The notes beneath the pieces were generated by a model. That model saw only the letters and a program-made list of their open reading frames with translations, made no database searches and had not been told where the DNA came from. DNA of 64,000 bases from Eledone cirrhosa (lineage: Eukaryota): assembly GCA_964016885.1 (NCBI GenBank), contig OZ024745.1:117924001-117988000 (forward strand), written 5' to 3'. Each line of letters opens with the position of its first letter. The first letter of the stretch is position 1. Both the position numbers and the translations under genes were made by a program. This document shows, piece by piece, positions 53,386 through 64,000 of this stretch.

Positions 53386-54932
53386 TTGGTAATGTTGAGC
53401 AGCTCACTGATACAGATACGGTCGCTGAGCGGCTTGCCAGTCATAAGCCGCCTACCAGTCATAAGTAGAACATTATATACACACAAAAATATAAACTACA
53501 TTTATAATAATCTTTCTAGTCCCAAACATTTTTCAAAGATAACCAACACCAACGATAAATGCAGAGAATCAACAATCCCCATATTTTTATAGATCTCATC
53601 TAAACTGACATATGTTCTTTTAGGACTCGCTATTTCTGAGAACATAAACTCCAGTCTTTGTTAAAAATTAGATATAACAGAATTTATCATAGGCAAGATA
53701 ATGAATTCTTATAAAGTGTGAAAGAGTTATTCAAAATTATAAAACTATATTTTAAAAAGATATACTTAACATTGACATGTTTATGTCGTAACGGTGAAAC
53801 TTGTATAATTTTGATTTTAATGATTCACATTTATATGTACCACTTTTCACTTCTTAATGTACAACTTATTTGGGGTGAAGACCTCATCATCCGGCGGCTT
53901 TTCTTTTTCTTTGATATCATATTTTAACTGATTTTATTTTATTCGTATGTTGCATCGTTATCACTGGTATTTGGGGATGTTTTTATGATATAACCGTTGT
54001 TTTTAAAAATATTTTACTGCTTCTTTACTGACAGTCATAGTTGTCGGCTTTATTGTTCTTGTAAAGGTTTGTTATGTCTACCGTCGAAGTCATACCCAGC
54101 GTCTGTTTGGATAAAACAATTCCCAGATTTGTTTCACTCGTGGTAAATTTGCTGTATATGGGATTTGAAGGTTTTGTATGGCTTAGTTAGAATGATAGTG
54201 AAATGTCTCCTAAACTGGTGGAAAGGGTAGAAAAACATACGATTCATAGATTGCTGCAGTTGGAGGAAATCATTCGATGAAATACTTGAACTGGATGTTT
54301 GTAATAGAATAGACCCCGTTAGAGAAAAGTGGTGTTGGTGTTAAACCGAATAACTGATTGAGAAATATTGCACATTTGCCGGGCTTTCGTACTATTTCCA
54401 CCTAAATAGGGACTTGGCTCGATTCATGGCTATGGTAGAAGACACTTGTTCAAGGTACTCTGCACAGAACCACATGTAGTGAATCTAACTTCTTAACTAC
54501 ATGGCCATGCTTGTGCATAACAAATAACTTTCAAACTCTTGTATAACATCGTTGGATTTCACTAGGTTTCCAGTTGCTAATATTATAGATTTATTAAATA
54601 ACAATCATGTCTGTGTGATTTAGAAACTACTTTTACAACCACGTTGTTCCGGATTTCATCTAATTGAGTTACGCCTTAGGAAAGTATCTTTTGTTGTTTC
54701 GAACAAAAGTTATCTTGATGCGTTTTGGACGTCAAGTTACACCAACACCCCTTGTTACTTTTGCCGTCGTGAACCAGTGATTGGCTGATAGTTTCAGTGA
54801 TATTTTGTACAAGTCTAGGTCTCTTTACCGAACTCAAGGAAGCTTTTACCTACATCACACATGTAAACATCAATCGACAGTCGATCGTCAAGATCCCAGA
54901 CCTCATTCGCTTAACGAATGGGGTGGAGCTCG

Positions 54933-55123
54933 TCAAATCGGACTGAGGAAACAATGTTTCCGTTGGTCTTTCCAATTGTTAATACTATCTATCGGTCGCA
55001 AATCCAGGCAACATGAAATAAAGTGTCTTGCTCAAGGACATAACACATCGCCCGATCCGGGAATCGAATCACAACCTCACGATTGCGAATCCAATTCTCT
55101 AACCACTCAGCCATGTGCCTTCA
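54933..55123 (-). mobile_element. SINE family B
   Basis: Reverse complement of 19273-19480. Confidence 0.85.
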
Positions 55124-56724
55124 CTAAACATCAATGTACACACACAGAAATATGGTCTTAATTATCATATCAAACGTCATCCTAATCCTTAATGGATGGT
55201 TGAATACTAAAGACTTTCATTTCCATCTATTTTTAGTTTGTTAATTATGACCTGGAATCCCAGGTATGGAGAGTGGGTTAATTGATATGGCTCAGTCATC
55301 GAACTTGTGTTGCTGACAGTTTACAGGGATATCGCTACCTTTCATTAGTACTATCTCTATAAATGTATGCATTATCTTAACTATAATAAAGATTCACTTC
55401 TTTAGAATATTCAAATGTCAGCACTTCCGGTTAGCACCCGTTATATCATAATTTCGCTTATATAAACATTCATATATTCCCGTCGCTAATTTTCTCCTAA
55501 TGAATATCGTCTTTTTTTAATGTATCATGGATTAGTTTACTGATTACATAAAAGAGTTTAACTCAGACTTCTTTCAATTTCTGTGTATATTGTCAATTAC
55601 GATTTCAGTTATTGTACCATATCTATATGTATATGTATATATATTTGCGTATAATATCAATATGTACACTACACATGCTAGCAGAAAACCTCTCGAAGGG
55701 TTGTTTTTCTGCTAGTAGATTTAATGATATGTAAATGTTAGCCACACCATGTTCAACAAACCAAAAATATATCTGCTCACCTGATTCAATCAAACATTGG
55801 GCCAGAAGTTCCCACCTCTGAGCATGTATCAATCGATTTTGCTTTTCATTGCATACATGTATATTTCCCTTGCGAGTCAACTTGGAGTATCTGCATAGTC
55901 ACTTGATGTGCTAGAAATAACAATCGTATCGCTCCCAAACCACATTTGATCTGGGGTCATAAGACAACACATTACACACGAAATATATCTCACCAACCAT
56001 ATATTCGCTAAACCTTACTCTTCCTGTAACACCTAGAGTCACACTATTTCCATGTAAAGATTGACTTTTACCTTATTTGAAAGCTAGTAGTGATTGGTTT
56101 AGCCCGCCAAATCATTTCAATTGCAATATTTTCTTCATTTCCAGTAGAAAAATTATATCTAATTACACTCTACGAAACCTAATTACTGTTAAATGATGGC
56201 CTGGTGAGAATTAGTAGATGTTAACAACAATATATCACGAACGGTAAGGTTTCCAGTATTTCTATTATTCTAGCTACCGGTGCACGCCACAATCTTCCCC
56301 ATTCTTCTGTGTTCCACCCTTCAACATTATACCATCGTGCTCAGCTAATTTTCTCTTTCTTTCTCCCGCGAGGATTAATTACCAGCCAGCCAACTTTCTC
56401 TTTAACAACTCATTCAGGAAATTTGTAAAATAGTTTGCTGCGATACATGTTTCGACGTGTCAAGCGAAGTCATTCTTTGAATAAGGGGCTTCGTTGGAAT
56501 CTCTTAGAGATTCTCTACATTAAATTATTGGTTTGCTTCCATCTCTATTTTGAGATGCCCTTAATAAATCTCCTCCAAATTCCCCCTTTACTTCTTCACA
56601 AGTTCCCCTACAATGTGCAAAGTTTGTAGGAGAATTGTGGAGAGGAATAGGACAAATATCGCCGCCATAAATAACTTAACAGAGACGTCCTTAATAGAGA
56701 AATACACACGCATAACACATATCA

Positions 56725-58030
56725 TGATGGTGGTGTTGGTGGTGGTGGTGGTGATGGTGGTGGGGCAGGTGGTTGTGATGGTTGTGGTGGTGGTGATGGT
56801 GGTGGAGGTAGTGGGGGTGGCGGCGGTGGTTGTAGTGGTGTTGGTGGTTGTTGTGTTGTTGATGATTGTGGTGGTGGTGGTGATGGTGGTGTTGGAGGGG
56901 TGTGATGCTTGTGTTGTTGTTGTTGGTGGTGGTGTTGGTGGTTGTTGTGGTGGTGATGGTTGTGGTGGTGGTAGTGGTGGTTGTGGTGGTTGTGGTGGTT
57001 GTGGTGGTGGTCGTGGTGGTGGTGGTAATGAGGTGGTGATGGTGGTGGTGGTTGTGATGGTGGTGGTTGTGATGGTTGTGGTGGTGATGGTTGTGGTGGT
57101 GTTGCTGGTGGTGATGGTGGTGGTGTTGCTGGTGGTGGTGGTGTTAATGGTTGTGGTGGTGTTGATGGTGGTGGTGATGGTGGTGATGGTGGCGGTGTTT
57201 GTGGTGATGGTTATGGTGGTGTTGGTGGTGGTGATGGTGGTAGTGTTTGTGGTGATGGAGGTGGTGATGGTGGAGGTGATGGTGGCGATGGCGGTTATAG
57301 TGGTAATGGTGTTGGTGTTGGTGGCGGTTATAGTGGTGATGGTGGTGGTGGTTGTGGTGGTGATAGCGGTGGTGAGGGTTGTGGTGGGGATGGTGGTTGT
57401 AGTGGTGATGGTGGTGGTGGTGGTGACGGTGGTTGTGGTGTTGATGGTTGTGGTGATGGTAATAGTGGTGATGGTTGGGGTGGTGATGGTTGTGGTGATG
57501 GTGGTGAGGGTGATGGTTGGGGTGGTGATGGTAGTGGTGGTGGTGGTGATGGTTTTCATGGCGGTGATGGTCGTGAGGGTGATGGTTGTGGTGGTGGTGA
57601 GGGTAGTGGTGGCGGTGGTGATGGTGGTAGTGGTGGTGGTGGTGGTGGTGATGATGGTGGTGGTAGTGGTGGTGGTAGTGGTGATGGTGGTAGTGGTGGT
57701 GGTGGTGGTAGTGGTGGTGGTAGTGGTGGTGATGGTGGTGGTGGTAGTGGTGGTGGTAGTGGTGGTGATGGTGGTGGTGGTGGTAATGGTGGTAGTGGTG
57801 GTAGTGGTGGTGGTAGTGGTGGTGATGGTGGTGGTGGTGGTGGTAGTGGTGGTGGTGGTGGTGGTAGTGGTGGTGGTAGTGGTGGTGATGGTGGTGGTGG
57901 TGGTAATGGTGGTGGTGGTAGTGATGGTGGTAGTGGTGGTGATGGTGGTGGTGGTAGTGGTGGTGATGGTGGTGGTGGTAGTGGTGGTGGTAGTGGTGGT
58001 GGTAGTGGTGGTGGTGGTAGTGATAATGAC
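56725..58030. repeat. ~1.3-kb degenerate (GGT/GAT/AGT)n trinucleotide tract
   Basis: Direct inspection; source of the poly-Thr and poly-Val ORFs. Confidence 0.95.
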
Positions 58031-58492
58031 GATGTTGACGATAAAAGCGATCATGTTAAGTGTGAACATCATGAATAAACCTTTACATAACTCTGGCACG
58101 ATAGCAAAATACAACAATAAAACTAGCAAACACAACAACAACGACGACAACAACATAAACGTCAACCTTATCACCTCCATTATCATGATCTGTATCATCG
58201 TCATTAACACCAGCATGCTGTTGATAATACCCCCCGTCGACAACGACGATGATCACAGCAGCAGCAGTAGTAGCAGCAGTAGCAGCAACATCATCACCAT
58301 CATCCGCAACAACAGCAAAGGTGTCTGTTTGTGTACGTATTCTGCATATGTGCACATGTGCACATGTGCATATGTATACAGACACACATACAACTGCATC
58401 TATCTGTCTCTCTGTCTGTTTCTCTCTCTCTCACTCTCTCTCTCTCTCTCTCTCACTCTCTCTCTCTTATATATATATATATCATTATCTAT

Positions 58493-58685
58493 AAGGGCGG
58501 TGAATTGGCAGTATCGGTAGAGGGTCGGACGCCATGATTTGACGCATAGAGTTACGGCCCTTGCCATTCTGAGTTCAAATCCCGCCGAGGTTAACTTTGC
58601 CTTTCATCCTTACGGGGTCGATAAAATAAAGTACCAGTAATACACTGGTTCATTGCTGGCCTTGTGCCAAAAGTAGAAACAATTA
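58493..58685 (+). mobile_element. SINE family A, full length
   Basis: Matches the consensus. Confidence 0.93.
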
Positions 58686-58710
58686 TCTATAAAAGGCAGA
58701 TTGTTGTTGT

Positions 58711-58779
<69 letters not shown>

Positions 58780-59705
58780 GTGTGTGTGTGCATGTTCCAT
58801 GTTTATACATATGCACAATTTCAAACTGATTCGACTCAAAGTCTGTAAGAATGTTGTAAATGGTCTAACTTAGGCCAATGACTATTTATTTCATTCATAC
58901 TCACCCACAACTACGGAAATAATCGATAAAACTAAATACATGACGATTTACCCCTCTAATACAATCAGTTTACCTCTTTCTACTCCTCTTAAAATTCGAT
59001 AAAACTACATACATGCTGCAACTTTCTCTGATATACGATTAAACTTACAAACTTTAAGAGAGAGAGAGAGAGAGAGTGAGAGGGAGAGAGAGAGTGAGAG
59101 GGAGAGAGAGAGAGTGAGAGTGAGAGGGAGAGAGAGAGAGAGAGAGAACGTTTGTTTTTGAGTGTGGAACAGTCAAACATTTATTTACTTCAATGACAAA
59201 GAGAACTTATTACATTTCATACGAAACAACAATTATTCAAAAGCAACAGATAAATTTATTCAACAACAAAATAAAAATAGCGATAAATCTTTTTTAAAAA
59301 CATCTATCAACGAACGTGGAAGAAAGAAGTATCAGTTCATTTACTATACACAATAATATCCTCTATGAGGTCACTAAACCTGCTAGAAACAGCAGCTAAC
59401 TCTCCCCCATATCACACCCCTCCCTACTGTCTTAAATTTAGAAAACACACATTAGACAGCCATGCAGAACAACTCCATCGCAGCTCTGTTGTTCGGCTGG
59501 CATCGTCTACGCGCGTGTTGCGCAAGTACTGTGAAACAATAAATTTCAACACTTCTTTGCACAGAGATAATATCCATAGGCGAAACTACAATTGTCACTG
59601 CTGGCGCAGCTCTTGCTTCGGCAGTCCAGGTCTGCAATTCATTCACCCAGACAAAAAAGTGCTGCAATAAAATGGGTGGTGCAACCTAACTTTGGTAACT
59701 TACTG

Positions 59706-59735
59706 ACCCCGAGCACGCCGGGCTTTAATGCTAGT
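59706..59735 (+). mobile_element. Helitron-like 3' terminus
   Basis: GC hairpin CCCGAGCACGCCGGG, 8 nt, then CTAG|T. Confidence 0.5.
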
Positions 59736-59749
59736 ATATATATATATAA

Positions 59750-60022
59750 GCAAAGAGTTATTTAATTTGTTGATTATTCAACAAATTTAATTTATTACAG
59801 ATTAGAAGCACTCAACACGTTCTTCTGGAGTCTAATATCAATAATATTAATAAATCGAAGCTCTCTTTATAAAAGCATATTTATTTTATTATATATTTCA
59901 AGGGTAAACCAACTTTTGCATTTTATCTGATGAAGGCGTACCACAATTTTGGTACCCTTGAAATATATAATAACATAAACATGGTTTTATAAAGATAGCT
60001 TCCATTTATTAATATTATTGAT
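59750..60022 (+). mobile_element. pLTR-like element with inverted tail; HHR at 59920-59977
   Basis: 59755-59906 is the reverse complement of the 21821-21968-type tail; attttat CTGATGA aggcgtacca caattt tggtaccctt GAAA tata TA ataacat. Confidence 0.85.
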
Positions 60023-60179
60023 ATATATATCGACAGTCGATCGATTTTCGTCAAATCGGACCGAGGAAACAATGTTTCCGTTGGTCTTTCCAATTGCTAA
60101 TACTATCTATCGGTTGCAACTCCAGATAGGAGCAACGTGAAATAAATTGTCTTGTCCAAGGACATAACACTTCGTCCGG

Positions 60180-60231
<52 letters not shown>

Positions 60232-60302
60232 CCCCCCTCTCTCTCTCCCTCTCTTTCTCCCCCCCCCCTCTCTCTCTCCACACACACACATATATATATA
60301 TA

Positions 60303-60958
60303 AAAGAATATTTCGCTCTACATGGCTGAATACAATAAATGTAATCTGAGTTTTTCGAATATTAATAATAACATTCGATTCGTTTGCAATTATGCAAACA
60401 AGCCTCAATTTTATAGCCATGTCAGTAGAATTAACACTTCATTCTTCCTCTTGTGTTGGCATGCGAACAGAATTGAGGCTTGTTTGCATAATTGCAAACG
60501 AATCGAATGTTATTATTGATATTCCAAAATCTCAGATTACATTTATTGTATTCAGCCATGTAGAGCGAAATTTTCTTTTTTATATGAATTTGGCAAAGCC
60601 GGCCATTTATCGTTCGTATACAGGAAACTGACTGGCCAGTCTGCTGATATGCAAATCTGGCTGATCAGTGGATCTGCTAATTTGCAGATCTGACTGATCA
60701 GCCAGTCTACTGACATGCAAATCAGGCCGATCAGTTACTGTGTATTTTTGAAAAGAGCATATATTTTCACTAGCTCTGACAGTTTGGCAGGTGAACAGTA
60801 AGCTGTACTGATGAAGGGTGATACCCAGAAACATTAGTGTCAATACAAGAGCAAGAATGAAGTGTTCATTCTACTGACATGGCTATAGAATTGAGGCTTG
60901 TTTGCATAATAGCAAACGAATCGAATGTTATTATTAATATTCGAAAAACTCAGATTAC

Positions 60959-60962
<4 letters not shown>
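60303..60962 (+). mobile_element. pLTR-like fold-back (inverted tail, direct tail, ~33-bp repeats, HHR 60804-60847, tail)
   Basis: The tail occurs three times (60303-60461 inverted, 60469-60580, 60842-60962); tgta CTGATGA agggtgataccca GAAA cattagtg TC aataca. Confidence 0.75.
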
Positions 60963-60993
<31 letters not shown>

Positions 60994-60994
60994 T

Positions 60995-62034
60995 ATTAGA
61001 AAGTGAGGTGTTTTTACAAAATGAAAAATAACCGAGGTGTCCTACACGAGTGAAAGTATAAAGAAAAAAAGATGAAATCGAAAATGCAACTGGAGTCTTA
61101 TTTAAAAAAAATATATATATATTTATTTGGTTCCTTTACCGGTTTCGCAGTTCTTCTGCTTTTCAAAAGTAGAGTTGAGATGGAGGGTCTGTGGTTTTTC
61201 TCACATCTGGCTGGTCTTTGAATGTTACTTGTTTTATATGGAAAAAGTGGCTCGAAACGCCAGGTCTTTAGAGAAGTAATTTGATTGGTTGATCAATAAG
61301 AGTAATAAATTTCGCGCCAGTTCGCTTTACAAAGTTCTTCAAACAGGGGGGAGGGGGCTCAGGTTGTTTTTTCATATATGAGTGAAGTTTGATTGGTTGA
61401 TGCAGTAACGTGAATAAGTACATCAGCTTTCGCGCCAGTTTGTTTGAATTTCTTTTTACTTAAAAAAAGGGGGCTCACGAAGGCTTTTTTTTTAAAATGT
61501 AATTTGATTGGTTATAAATGAAATTATGGTTGTCACGTGAACAAGTTCATTAAATTTTGCGCCCGTATTTGGGAATTTATTTTGTAGCCTTGTAGAGAAT
61601 TTTATGACAAACAAAAGATAATGGTCAAGAGAAATGGGAAGGGGAGAATTGTTCTGGTTCAGTCAATATGGTTGGTTCGCTGGGGTGTCAGAATTCAAAC
61701 TTTCTATTGAAATAAAGAAAGTATGTTTATTTGTGTGTGTGTATGTGTGTGTGTGTGTGTGTAGGAAGATGATTCTATTAGTAGAAATGGGGGAGGGAGT
61801 TGTGTGTGTGTATATATGGGTGTTATGTGTGTGTATGTGTGGGAGTATGTTAAGATGGAGAGAATGTATATATTTTGTGTGTGTGTATATATGTGTGTAG
61901 GTAAGTGATTCTATTAGTAGAAATGTGGGAGGGAGTTGTGTGTGTGTGTGTGTGGGGGGTGTTGTTTGTGTGTGTATGGGTGTTATGTGTGTGTGTGGGA
62001 GTATGATTAGCATGTTAAGATGAAGAGAATATAT

Positions 62035-62081
<47 letters not shown>

Positions 62082-62970
62082 GAAAATGATTCCGTTAGTA
62101 GAAATATTTTTGAATGAACATATTTTTCTTATTTATTCGTATTTGTTCTGTTGTATTGTCAGCGCAAATGTATATTAAGATTTATTTAGTTCGGGTTTTT
62201 ATTTTCTAAAGTAGAAGGTGTTATGTGTGTGTGTATGTGTCTGTTTGGATGGTTAGCATGTTATGGTGTTGACATAATGTATATTAAACCATATTTAATG
62301 CTAGTCTATATTTTTGAATAAACATATTTTCCTTATTTATTCGTATTTGTTCTGTTGTATTGTCGGCGCAAAGGTAAAATGGGAAGACTTGGAATTTGGG
62401 TGTCTTATTACTTGCGCATATATCTAGATATGCGCTTAATGGTATCTGTCTCGTGGTTGGATCTCGTAATTGTTGGCGATGAACTGTCATTCTGTTTCTG
62501 AGTGTGATTTTAGTTTGTCTTATATAATCTTCATTGCATCCTTTACATTTAATGGCATAAAGTAGATTTTTTGATGAGCAAGTGAAGTGATTTTTTACAG
62601 CAAAATTTTGTCCTGATTGGAATGTATACGTGTTACCTTCAATGAGGTGAGTGCAGGTTCCACAATTAGAGTGACCACATTTTTTGACAGTTGGTTTTAA
62701 GTTTGTGGTAGGTAATTTGGCATTGGTGAGTAATGTTTTCAGTGATTTCGGTTGTCTTTTGCTTTTGATAATTTTGTGTGTTTCAAGGGCTTTTTTCATT
62801 CTTGGGTCTTGTTTCAATAGTGCGATGTTCTTGTGAATAGTGTTGTAAGCTTCCGCATTTCTTGGATTGTGTGTTGAGATATATGATAGAATATTGGAGG
62901 TACCTTGAATTTGTTTCTGTTTTCGTAATTCATCAATGCCTATTGCTTTAGCTCTTTCTATTCCATTATT
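60995..62970 (-). mobile_element. Neptune-type Penelope-like element, 5'-truncated: RT C-terminal region, Cys-rich linker, GIY-YIG, pLTR
   Basis: YISTHNP..SKRQPKSLKTLL..KCGHSNCGTC..TCSSKNLLYAIKCKGCNEDYIRQT..LRNRMTVHRQ..ALN; (TA)n at both ends. The ORF-track N-terminus (62970-63045) is flanking DNA. Confidence 0.92.
61134..61169 (-). ncRNA. Minimal hammerhead ribozyme, U3-A8 core
   Basis: ctt TTGAAAA gcag aagaa ctgc GAAA ccgg TA aag; palindromic stem III ACCGGT. Confidence 0.75.
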
Positions 62971-63133
62971 TATATATATATATATGCATATATGCAAAAG
63001 GCAAACAGAAATAACAAAGCAAACAACACAGTACATATGACACAATACATGGAAATCAATAATAATGCCGCCGCCACCACCAACACCACCACCACCACCG
63101 CCACTACTACTACAAGTACCACCACCACCACCA

Positions 63134-63208
<75 letters not shown>

Positions 63209-63611
63209 AGGGGGTTTTCTTTATTTGTTTTTAATTAATTATGATATTTTACCATTAAGTATTGAAGACGAGGTAGCAATCTTTTAGATTATTACATCCA
63301 TATTTCAGATTTGGTCTTTTTTCTACTGAGATTCAGCAATATGATTGGTTTAAAAATATTTTCTCACTTACTGCTGTCGTCTGCTTTATCGTTCATTTTA
63401 TTCATGTCAAAATTAGAACAGGCTATGAACTGATTTCATTCGATTAAATTTATTCTTCGTCAGATTTAAGATTAGTTTTATTTTCAGAAGAATTGTCAAA
63501 CAAAAGTTCACTGAAAATTGTCTACTACTACTCCCACCCCCCACCCACCTCATCAATAACTCATTAATATTTGAGCGACTATGCGAATGTATGTATGTAT
63601 GTATGTATGTA

Positions 63612-64000
63612 TGTTCTTCTGGTTTTATAATTTCACAAATTTTTTCCCAATAGAGAGAGAGTCGGTTTCTAACATAGACACAAGACTCTCTCATTGGAAT
63701 TTACACATCAACTAGGTAGATTATGTATGCATGCATGTGGTGTAGATATGGATGTTATTTTATGTGTGGATGTGGATGTTTTGAGTTATATGAGTGCATG
63801 TGTATATGCTTTGTATCTGTACATGTGTATATGCAGTTATTAGATGCAAAATATTTGGAATGTTTTACATATTTTTACTGTTCAATTAATGGATTGTACT
63901 TGTAATTTCCTAACTAGTTGTGTTTTTTCTGTTCCTGTGAAGCCTAGCTTTTCAACATTTGTATTGAGGCAGTTACTAACATACCCCAATGCCCCAACAA
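63612..64000 (-). mobile_element. R4/Dong-like element 3' end (second copy)
   Basis: Colinear with 19975-20340. Confidence 0.85.

Noticed and set aside
56588-58520. 551-aa Thr-rich (mucin-like) and 635-aa Val-rich ORFs
   Set aside because: Both are translations of a (GGT)n-type tract that lacks stops in those frames; no domain or splice evidence.
59611-59626. CTTGCTTCGGCAGT resembling the U6 5' end missing at 35831
   Set aside because: Only ~14 nt, 24 kb away and on the other strand; could be chance.

Overview
AT-rich, microsatellite-dense eukaryotic non-genic DNA. The SINE families and (TA)n/(CA)n load suggest a coleoid cephalopod (Octopus-like); this is an inference from recalled repeat motifs, not a database result. 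No host protein-coding gene is supported, and almost all ORF-track entries are translations of simple repeats or decayed transposons. The window is a transposon graveyard: Penelope-like elements (a Neptune-type and a Naiad-type GIY-YIG/RT family), RTE, CRE and R4/Dong LINE fragments, hAT, Chapaev and Helitron remnants, three SINE families, a 5'-truncated U6 pseudogene and two satellites. The main signal, found by reading the sequence, is a very high density of type I hammerhead ribozyme (HHR) motifs: about 15 complete or near-complete folds from several unrelated families, mostly in short non-coding, (TA)n-embedded, fold-back elements. The best case is a near-identical 593-bp tandem array in which every full unit carries a variant-core (U3-A8) hammerhead with a palindromic stem III and a candidate loop II pseudoknot, i.e. 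a retrozyme-like system. Also notable are a SINE copy with a strong T>C excess resembling fixed ADAR hyper-editing, an RTE insertion with a twin-priming 5' inversion, and a 60-bp minisatellite born inside an RTE coding sequence. All family calls and folds were made by eye.
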